A stretch of DNA of 64,000 nucleotides, taken from the NCBI GenBank assembly GCA_032718475.1, contig JAUCBJ010001555.1, positions 26,825 to 90,824 on the forward strand, given 5' to 3'. The stretch is from Nemertoderma westbladi (Eukaryota > Animalia > Xenacoelomorpha). Position numbers and translations under genes: made by a program. Positions 56,701 to 64,000 of the stretch are shown here, in pieces; the first letter of the stretch is position 1; the number at the start of each line of letters is the position of its first letter. The notes under the pieces were generated by a model. The model saw only the letters and a list, made by a program, of their open reading frames with translations, did not search any database and was not told the origin of the DNA.

Positions 56701-59428
56701 GATGGAGCATCTGAAGCAAATAGTTGAACTTCTCGTTGGGAGTAAAGGTGCTGTTGGTCAGCTGCTCGTCGACATAGGTTATGAAAGTCCTCCAGTGCTT
56801 ATGGTTGCCCATAAACTTCTGGGGTTGTTGCGTCGGCAGTCCTTGCCTAGCAGCAAACTTACCTATGTCCCTAAGGGTTGCGTCGTTCCGGGTTAACAAA
56901 TGGTTTAGTTCCGCAGGGTTGTTAAGTCTGGTCCTTTCCCGGTGGTTCCAACTTACCTGCTCCGCGTCCGTCCTTCTTTCCTTATAGTTTCGGGACTTCT
57001 GACGTCTCATGTCTTCCTCTTCATCGCTTGACTCGGTGTCAGTCCTTAGCGCTCGCGATGGTTTGCGCGCCGAGGCCCTGACCCAAGCTTCCTCAATAAA
57101 TCTTTCCGCCGAATTTTCGAAATTGGGATTATGGATATTCGGGACAGGCGTCCTTACCTGAGGTCTATGTGGTATAGTCTCCTCCGATATGCGTACTCGT
57201 TGACTAGGTTGGACTTTATCTAACTCAGGCCTGCTAGGATTAGAATTACTCCTTACCTGGGCTGCTTCCTTTAACCGTAGGTTGCTAAGCATGTCCGTTA
57301 TAGGTTGGATGTGTGGCGATATAGCTTGCACTAAACTAGCACTTAACTCATCCCTCGTAATAAATTCCTGGCTAGGGTTCTGTTGTATAGTCGGCTCTAT
57401 CTGAGTAATCCGCTGTCTCTCATATGATCCCTCTTCCGGTTTAACCCGGAAGTTCTCCGTCGAACTGGGTCGGCGCTCCGTCCGCGTATTCCAAACCCGC
57501 GGGTTCGGTTCGCCCAATACTCGGCCCGTCGGAGTTTCTTCTCTAAATTCTTCGTTGTCGCGTTCGGTGTATAGTGGAGCGGTGTTCTGATGCCGTGGAT
57601 TCTGCGCGATAGGTGAAGCACTAATACCAACTGGCGTGCGATATGTAGAGAATGGTTTAGCGATCCGTGTACTCGTAATAGCTGGACCGGGTATAGGAAT
57701 TCTGGTCGTCGTCGACTCGCGTATGGTCGGAGTTCTCGCTTCCTGTTCGGCCTTCTGCAGTGCGAACAGTTCTCGCAACTCTGTCCCTACACTCGCCCCA
57801 CATTCTTCGATCATTCGCATCCCCTTCTCGGCGATTTCATTCGCCTTCCTAGTCCGTTCTTCGCTTTCTAAACTTAATCTCGCACTTTCCAACTGCGCCA
57901 GTTTACGTTCTTCTTCTTCCCTCGCTCGTCTCGCTGCGCCCTCTTCTTCCAGTCGCGCCTTTTCTTCATATAACATCTGTCGCTCCTTCTCGATCTCGAG
58001 TTCGCGTTCCTTGCGTTCGCGTTCAAGTTCGAGTTCGCGTTCTTTCTGTTCGCGTTCGAGTTGGAGTTCACGTTTCTTCGCTTCCTGTTCGCGTTCGAGT
58101 TCGCGTTTCTTCGCTTCCCGTTCGCGTTCAAGTTGGAGTTCGCGTTCTTTCTGTTCGCGTTCAAGTTGGAGTTCGTGTTCTTTCTGTTCGCGTTTCAGTT
58201 GGAGTTCGCGTTCCTTTCGTTCGCGTTCCGCTTGCTCACGCTTACCTTTGTCTTCCAACTCCCGCAACTTTGCGTCTAACTTACGTGCGCGCTCCCGTTC
58301 CCGCTCAGCTTCCTTCCGTGCTTCCGATGCACGCAAAACTTCCGCCTGCTGTTCGTCTAGTCGGCGTCTTCTCTCCTCCGCCGAGTTGTGAGAAACAAGG
58401 GATCTAGCACATATAACTTTCCCTCGCGCGTGACTAACCTGGGAATCGCCACTGTCTCTGGATGCGTCGTCGGGTGGAGTTAACGTCCTCTGTTGAATAT
58501 TCTCCGTCGTCGGTAGCACCTGGCCAGGTACCACCACTCCATTCTGCATCAGCCAGCTAGTAACTTCCCTCTGATAACGGCGCTCTTCTTTATCTTGGAT
58601 TTCTTCTCGCTCCACTAAGTCTCTTAACTCTGCGTCACTCACCTGAGTCGCCTGCGTTTGTGATGCCCATAGCAGCCAGTTCTCCGTCCTAACTCGTCGG
58701 AATCGCTCCGATAACTCGCGGTGCTCCAACAAGGCTGCTAAAACCCTGTCGTAAATCCTCGTCGCCACGTCGCTCGACTGAGACTCTACTGCCTTCTTCG
58801 CTAGGACTGCAAGCTCCTCCGTCTGCTTGAATAACGCTGAGTTATATCCTCTTCTAATCTCTACTAACCCTTCCCGTCCGATGTTCGCTGAGTCGGCTAA
58901 CATCTTCCTTACCTTGTCCGTCGTCCGAGTTATATGTCCGGCGTGCGCGCGAAGTTTCTTCTTTATCGCGATATCAAGTTCTCTCTCGCTTACCTGACTC
59001 ACACTCGGTGGACTTGAAGGATTATTTCGGGAACTACGGGTACTCCTAACAGCTGTTGGGATCACGGCACTTACCATACCCACAGGTCTGGAAACCGGGC
59101 TCCGGGCTCTCGCTTCTGCTACACTACCCTCCCTATCACTCACCTCTGTCCGGGCTGCTGTGCGGTCCTTCCTTACAGTAGTGGTAGGGGATCCTAATAC
59201 TATTACCTGAGGTAGTTCTTCTTCCTCACTAGTCACTGTCTCGTCCTCCTGTTTACTTACGTCAGCGTCGCTCGCTGCGTCGTCATAGTCAGCATTGTCG
59301 TCAACAGTAATATTTACGCTATCGTCAGTCGGCGGTCCAGCCGCCGTCTCATAGCTGTCCTCTAGAGCCTCTTTGTCTGAGACACTCATAGTCTTAATAA
59401 TGTTTGCCTTCCGGCAAAAATCTCGCAA
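53717..59428 (-). CDS. gag-pol: BEL element 2 Gag-PR-RT polyprotein (1903 aa)
   Basis: Coiled-coil N-terminal extension, DUF1759-like Gag, CWACLAPGHVRRQC/CMECGRLHHKLLH, MLDTAS, YYLPHH, DIEAMFHQV, FYMDD. Confidence 0.95.
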   Translation of the reverse strand: MRDFCRKANIIKTMSVSDKEALEDSYETAAGPPTDDSVNITVDDNADYDDAASDADVSKQEDETVTSEEEELPQVIVLGSPTTTVRKDRTAARTEVSDREGSVAEARARSPVSRPVGMVSAVIPTAVRSTRSSRNNPSSPPSVSQVSERELDIAIKKKLRAHAGHITRTTDKVRKMLADSANIGREGLVEIRRGYNSALFKQTEELAVLAKKAVESQSSDVATRIYDRVLAALLEHRELSERFRRVRTENWLLWASQTQATQVSDAELRDLVEREEIQDKEERRYQREVTSWLMQNGVVVPGQVLPTTENIQQRTLTPPDDASRDSGDSQVSHARGKVICARSLVSHNSAEERRRRLDEQQAEVLRASEARKEAERERERARKLDAKLRELEDKGKREQAERERKERELQLKREQKEHELQLEREQKERELQLEREREAKKRELEREQEAKKRELQLEREQKERELELERERKERELEIEKERQMLYEEKARLEEEGAARRAREEEERKLAQLESARLSLESEERTRKANEIAEKGMRMIEECGASVGTELRELFALQKAEQEARTPTIRESTTTRIPIPGPAITSTRIAKPFSTYRTPVGISASPIAQNPRHQNTAPLYTERDNEEFREETPTGRVLGEPNPRVWNTRTERRPSSTENFRVKPEEGSYERQRITQIEPTIQQNPSQEFITRDELSASLVQAISPHIQPITDMLSNLRLKEAAQVRSNSNPSRPELDKVQPSQRVRISEETIPHRPQVRTPVPNIHNPNFENSAERFIEEAWVRASARKPSRALRTDTESSDEEEDMRRQKSRNYKERRTDAEQVSWNHRERTRLNNPAELNHLLTRNDATLRDIGKFAARQGLPTQQPQKFMGNHKHWRTFITYVDEQLTNSTFTPNEKFNYLLQMLHREPRAIADNFVGNERAFELAMKTLSDIYGNKTKMAQSIVEDLGKGRRITTPLELLNLANAISNALDILRTVNLPHHGDHAEVLKSVIRRLNMRYRQKWRKLENKLEGQGKVLTLQHIHDMIATDAVAEMKSNFSEENMRESKPVTGKSMVSFDDDRTTVTYNSVDRYNSSTPSFRSDSRVWSGERLDRPRLKQQELPDGFVGCQYCLLKEVRSDDHKLDSCRRFKELNSEQRRVQVRTLDTCWACLAPGHVRRQCPNSKDGCMECGRLHHKLLHADFHTPTDRYLQRNPQRKGSKEPVSIRRNTYTGIQDDGYQPGSSDEDGELSAREVTCQGFTADSSSTSARTYLSSATSEIFSVIPVKLTGDKGSKQIYVMLDTASTLSYIDEEVARAVSSFQDAEEIQIELKSMHGVGFLKGHRISVELDSLLPRDQHTRQERKALPLDGFKCLAMKGFGRQLGKVPPMSPIAQEYFDKLRIPRHQVGYRNVSMLIGAEQLIAHQIWETKPAELHVNGPHAHRTILGWYTRVPMSYEFTGGDKPMNRYDELQPITEPPLVEPPDIDEFRRTCIDHYSDFSESDEELIPDNVRLSEPLHNDRTDSEPEDYCYQTRGSGSAAHATYLTNVLTYTDIVEGQVAKYRDLDIFQYSEEELQKELIRQDLETGARTVEWLDRDAMEPGGYDLAMSTDEKRSLEMMEDTIRLLPTGHFEVGMLWRRQPPKLENNYNLALKRLNGVRARLLKNPDIREKYCAQINNYFAKGFAGKVEDPDLVTDQTYYLPHHYVTHPDKPDKVRVVNDCAAVYRGMSLNSELMDGPNLNNYLIGILLRFRQRRFAFTCDIEAMFHQVRACKADQDSLRFLWYENEDLSGPVVTYQMYVRIFGARDSPNGTLFVLKKTATAQIGKYPVEVIESILRNFYMDDGLVSKDTAEQAIEVAHGLQECLATGGFPLTKFTTNSEALLESFPVKDRGSGDIELGVEPIPMARVLGLAWNPNSDKF

Positions 59429-60443
59429 AAGTTCGAGATATAATTATAATTTAACCGAAATACGGTCAAATTAATTGTCAAATAATCAGTTGGTCCAAAA
59501 TGTCAAATAAATTCGCAATGCAATATTGTGAATTTAATGGGGTATATAGTTATAGCAAATACTAGCACAATATTTAAACAAAAATATTATTATATAGCTA
59601 CTATATAATATTAAATACCGGTATAGCACAAAATAACCTTGAATCTAATACAAAATATTCAAAATAAACTTGCCACCCGAATATTTCTAATTTTATATAT
59701 AGCTCTAATCAACGTAATTTTAATTTCAAATATTATACAGATTATATGTATCCACTAGCGCGTGGCTACATCTTCGGGTTGCGACTCTCTCTAACTCTCT
59801 CTCTAACTTGAGCGATTCAAAAACCATGGCCGGCTAAACCTAAATATCCTAACTAATAAATTGAGTTCAGCTTCGCAGTTAAACAACCGGTAATTTTTTA
59901 CTGCTTCCACAAACACAGTGGTGCCAACAGAACAACTAACCTTGTTTGCTGTGAGATTCCACGTCCGCGTCCAAAGATTCAGTCCCTTCGCTGATTGCAA
60001 ACCGAACCCGCAGACCCACACGAACCCCAAACTCAGAAGTTCCGTCTTGCCATGTATCTCCAGATGGTATAAAATAACTAAACGGTTACCTAACATACCG
60101 GTACAAAACTCTAGAATTTTACAAAATAATTTTGACCGAAACTGAATTCTCGCAAACCTAGCTAAAATTTTCAAAAAAAACTTACTAATTACAATTTGCC
60201 CTAAGGCCTAAGGAACTGCTGCATTCGCAATTAGTAAAAACGCACCACCGTACATCCACTGTATGCAGTACAGTAAGTAAAACAGTACACCAACCTAACA
60301 GCCTAATGATACTGTGTGTGGTACGGCAAAACAAATGTCCCTTCTACCGTACGCAGTAACAGCAATCAGCCTAATGTACTACTGTACTATCGTACGCAAC
60401 CAGTGAATACAGTAATCTAAACTAGCAGCCTAAGAATACTCTA

Positions 60444-63400
60444 TTTAGTTTAGTTTAGTTTAGTTTAATACGCCAAATGCAAATTAAAATTAATACATAC
60501 AGCACATAAATTCTTATAAAACACAATGAACTGGCAAATCTATAAGGATTCTACGCATATGCGTATATTTCTTTTATGAAGTACTGCAGGTAAGTTACAT
60601 ACATTATAGGTACAAACATATAACATATTACAAACATAAATAAACAATAAACAGATAGTGGGGTTCAAAATTATACGACGTAGATTGTAAGTAAAAATCA
60701 CAATGTTGATAATTTTACATATTGCAATAAAAAATAAACATAAAAGGCACGTTATGATTAAAATGTTTCTATTAAGAACGATACAGTAAAAACTTCGATG
60801 TGTGCAATAATATTAAAAAAAACAAATAAAAAATAATAAAAATAATAAAAAATACCGTGCACTTCATATGAAAATATTAAAAACAAAGAACCTGATATTT
60901 AATTAAGTAAAAATTGTAATTACAATGATACAAAAGAAAAATTTAATTTAATATAAGTACCGATGGAATGTAAACTGGGCAGTGGCAACTTGTCTAACTG
61001 GTATATCACTATAAATATTCATTTTGGACTTCATGGCACAATCAAGACGATTTTTAAATAAGTTTACACTAGGATTACCATGAAAATCTCGAGCATTAAC
61101 AACATTCTCATCACATTCCATAAGTTTATCACACGAGACGCAAAACTGTTAGTGTGGAACAAATGTTGACCCGCGGTGTTTCGTTTGTACAATGTCAGTG
61201 ATGAACCTCTTGTCGAATATGAGTGACGCTGGCTTCTGAGTTCAAAAAAGTTACTATAGTCTACGTTATCAAGTTTGTGAACAAACTTGTATGTTGATAT
61301 CATATCCGCTCTAGCTCGTCTGTAAATCAGTGTCGGTATTTTAAGTGAACGAAGACGCTCCTCATATGACAGATGCTGTAGTGAAGGTACCATACGGGTT
61401 GCGCGGTGTTGCACTTGTTCTATGTGCTCGATATCCTTTTGAAGATACGGTGACCATACAACTGTACCATATTCGAGTAGCGGACGAATTATAGACTTAT
61501 ATAACTTGGTAAACATTATCGGTTCCATAAACGTGAATGTGTGTTTTACTAAGTTAAGAATACGTGTCGCACGAGCAGCAATATTAGAACAATGAGCGGA
61601 GAATGACATATTGGAACTAAAAGTAACACCAAGGTCTTTCTCTTCGCATACTGCATCCAGAACTGTGTTAGACATGTAGTATGGCGTTGATGGATTTCTA
61701 CGACCAAGGTGAAGTATTTTACACTTTGAAAAATTAAACTGTAAGTGCCATTTGTTTGCCCATTCAACAAGCCGGTTTAAGTCTGCTTGCAAGAAGTTGG
61801 TGTCGTCCGTACTAGAAATTTGTCTGTATATTTTCGTATCATCTACAAATATCTTACAACAAGATGTGATCATATCAGGAACATCATTAACGAAGATCAA
61901 GAATAATATTGGCGCAGTAACAGTCCCCTGAGGAACGCCACTGGTCACCATTCGAGTCCCACTTAATACTCCATTAACCCTAACAGTTTGGGTACGCCCA
62001 GTAAGAAAGTTACCTATCCAAACTAAAACGTTGCCCTTTACACCATAACTCTCTAATTTATGCAGTAGCAGGGTGTGTGAGACAGTGTCAAAGGCTCGTC
62101 TTAGATCGAGATACACAACATCAGCTCCAAGAGAATGCAGTTCATCTACAAAGTTGCAGAAGTCTTCCACTACTTCTAGTAACTGTGTAACTGTAGAACG
62201 GTGAGCACGAGCTCCGTGCTGGGCATCAGTGAAAATATTATTTCCTTCAAAATGACAAATAAGTGCATCACGAATAAACTTCTCACAGACCTTAGCCAAG
62301 ATACAAGTAAGGGATATGGGACGATAGTTATCCGGGTTATGTTTAGGAGGTTTCTTTAACAAGGGACTGATAATTGCAGTACGCCAGTCGTCCGGAACAA
62401 CACCAGAATCAAAAGACAACTGGAATATAAACTGACATGGGACTGCAATGACCTCGGTTAACTCTTTCAGTATTCGACTATGTAGTTTGTCGGGGCCAGC
62501 AGACTTGGTAGGATTCAAATCAGATAACAACTTCATCACATTTTCAATAGAAACGTCAACATTCTCAAGAAGGGGAATATCACGCTCAAAGGTTGGGGGG
62601 TCAGGTAATGGGTCACTGATGCCGTCGTCAGAAATAAACGCAGCAGAAAATGTGTCACTTAGAACTTCCGACATTTCAGACTCCGTGGTAACAGTCTGAT
62701 TCCCTGTACGTAATGGGCCAATTGGGTTGCAACATTTTCTTTTAGAATTAACGTAAGACCAGAAAGCCTTAGGATTGGAACTACAAAGTTCAGCAATACG
62801 TTTTTCGTGATTTGATTTCGACACTCTACATGCCCTACCAGCCGTCTGTCTGGCACTGACATATCTATTACGGTTGCGCTCAGTAGGATATGTCCTCCAA
62901 CGTTGAAAAAGCACTTGCTTCCTCTGAACAGCAGAAATTGCAGTCTGTGACATCCAGCGTTCCCTAAAAGATGAACGAGCATTTACAATGGGGACATACA
63001 CATCTTGGCCAGTTAAGAGTTCAGATTTTAATATAATCCATGCCTCATCAGCAGATAAATCGGTAAACCTATCAGACCAGTCAATATCTCGCAATGAATC
63101 ACGCCAATCAGCAGTATCATACCTAAGGTGAGTTATCAAGGGTTCAGATATACACATTATATTAAGTTTACAAAATGTAATACCATGATCTGATTTACCA
63201 ATGGGACTAAATACACGGACATCTGAAACTGCATCGTGTGATTTAGATATAAGTAAATCAAGTGTAGAATCTGAACCATTATTCGAAAACCTAGTAAATT
63301 CATAGACATGCTGTGTAAAATGTCGATCTAAAAAAAAATTTAAAAATGCACGCTCAAAGGGTCTCGCAAGTGGTTTGAGAACAAGTTGCTCCCAATCTAT

Positions 63401-64000
63401 ATAAGGAAAATTGAAATCACCCAGTAAAAATAATTCATTATTGCTGGTATAACTACTTATTGCATCAATAAGAAAATGTAAACTAGCATTATTTATGTCC
63501 GTAGATGAGGTAGAGCGGTATATACATGTAACTACAAACTTTCGGCCATTATGAAAATTAATTTCAGCACAAACATAATCTGAGAAAATGACATTACCAA
63601 GGTCAACTTGTTGCACCCTGGAAACTGAATACATTGACGAAATTCTAATATATAGAGCAACCCCACCCCCAAACAAATCACGATCATCCCGAAATAAATG
63701 GTATGGACCAAGCGATAGTACTTCATCTGGGATCGAGTTGTCTACCCATGTTTCAGTTATACCAATAATGTCCGGTTTTAATAAGGCGACTCTGACTTTA
63801 AGTTCAGTCAGCTTATTTCGTAAGCATTGTGCATTTAAATTTAAAACCTTAAAACCACCATCGATTGACCATTGCTCCTGTTCTGCATTAACATTGACTC
63901 CTTGTCAATCCTGATGTCGGAATGATTGATGAGATGGAGTCGGAGGAAGAGTGGATTCGTCCAATTGGTTTACAGTATCATCTGGGATGACGTTTTCCAT
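60444..64000 (-). mobile_element. CR1-clade LINE (end of ORF1, ORF2, 3' UTR, (CTAAA)n tail); continues beyond the window
   Basis: APE endonuclease plus RT ORF2; (TTTAG)4 on the plus strand at 60444-60463. Confidence 0.92.
61064..63904 (-). CDS. CR1 LINE ORF2: AP endonuclease and reverse transcriptase
   Basis: The frame is open from 63904 (NAQCLRNK...IIGITETW...GGGVALYI, LLGDFNFP, SDH, KSAGPD, YRPISLT, GVPQG, FVDD). A small frameshift near 61110 displaces the usual ...SVNLFKNRLD end. Confidence 0.92.
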   Translation of the reverse strand, partial: QGVNVNAEQEQWSIDGGFKVLNLNAQCLRNKLTELKVRVALLKPDIIGITETWVDNSIPDEVLSLGPYHLFRDDRDLFGGGVALYIRISSMYSVSRVQQVDLGNVIFSDYVCAEINFHNGRKFVVTCIYRSTSSTDINNASLHFLIDAISSYTSNNELFLLGDFNFPYIDWEQLVLKPLARPFERAFLNFFLDRHFTQHVYEFTRFSNNGSDSTLDLLISKSHDAVSDVRVFSPIGKSDHGITFCKLNIMCISEPLITHLRYDTADWRDSLRDIDWSDRFTDLSADEAWIILKSELLTGQDVYVPIVNARSSFRERWMSQTAISAVQRKQVLFQRWRTYPTERNRNRYVSARQTAGRACRVSKSNHEKRIAELCSSNPKAFWSYVNSKRKCCNPIGPLRTGNQTVTTESEMSEVLSDTFSAAFISDDGISDPLPDPPTFERDIPLLENVDVSIENVMKLLSDLNPTKSAGPDKLHSRILKELTEVIAVPCQFIFQLSFDSGVVPDDWRTAIISPLLKKPPKHNPDNYRPISLTCILAKVCEKFIRDALICHFEGNNIFTDAQHGARAHRSTVTQLLEVVEDFCNFVDELHSLGADVVYLDLRRAFDTVSHTLLLHKLESYGVKGNVLVWIGNFLTGRTQTVRVNGVLSGTRMVTSGVPQGTVTAPILFLIFVNDVPDMITSCCKIFVDDTKIYRQISSTDDTNFLQADLNRLVEWANKWHLQFNFSKCKILHLGRRNPSTPYYMSNTVLDAVCEEKDLGVTFSSNMSFSAHCSNIAARATRILNLVKHTFTFMEPIMFTKLYKSIIRPLLEYGTVVWSPYLQKDIEHIEQVQHRATRMVPSLQHLSYEERLRSLKIPTLIYRRARADMISTYKFVHKLDNVDYSNFFELRSQRHSYSTRGSSLTLYKRNTAGQHLFHTNSFASRVINLWNVMRMLLMLEIFMVILV

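Larger units (their letters stand above)
44493..60443 (-). mobile_element. BEL/Pao LTR retrotransposon (element 2); 5' LTR not in window, CR1 LINE abuts the leader
   Basis: Gag-Pol ORFs; putative 3' LTR TGTTA...TAACA 44493-48531 preceded on the minus strand by GGAGCGG, with TATA (48011-48016) and CCAAT in the U3 position. Confidence 0.8.

Noticed and set aside
59878-59889. GTTAAACAACCG matching the start of the element 2 LTR, as a possible 5' LTR edge
   Set aside because: The match ends after 12 bp; the following sequence is unrelated to 44505 onward.

Overview
This is a repeat-rich, AT-rich eukaryotic window, most likely from an invertebrate animal, and it is dominated by nested retrotransposons. 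There are two host genes. One is a spliced minus-strand gene (exon 5120-5972, intron 490-5119, exon 489-<1) encoding N-terminal WD40 repeats, an APAF-1-like winged-helix segment and a motif that usually precedes a ROC GTPase domain. The other is a single-exon Fer3/Nato3-like bHLH gene (35811-36590). Mobile elements: (1) A young, full-length BEL/Pao LTR retrotransposon (6807-24014; 538-bp LTRs with one mismatch seen; ATTAT target-site duplication, TSD). After its integrase it carries a ~26-unit hairpin array and an extra ~845-aa ORF with a DEDDy-type 3'-5' exonuclease domain and three CCHC knuckles. A nested integrase-less Gypsy element (9261-11978) splits and hides this ORF. The BEL element has no tRNA-type primer-binding site (PBS); that position is instead complementary to a segment of its own LTR. 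(2) A truncated Gypsy LTR+gag fragment. (3) A second BEL/Pao element abutting an RTE LINE fragment and itself hit by a hAT MITE and a CR1-like LINE. (4) Several Mutator/foldback-like MITEs sharing a core motif, plus several minisatellites. The best candidate for an undescribed system is the BEL/Pao accessory module: exonuclease-zinc-knuckle ORF, hairpin array and possible self-priming PBS. All domain calls are by eye; no searches were run.
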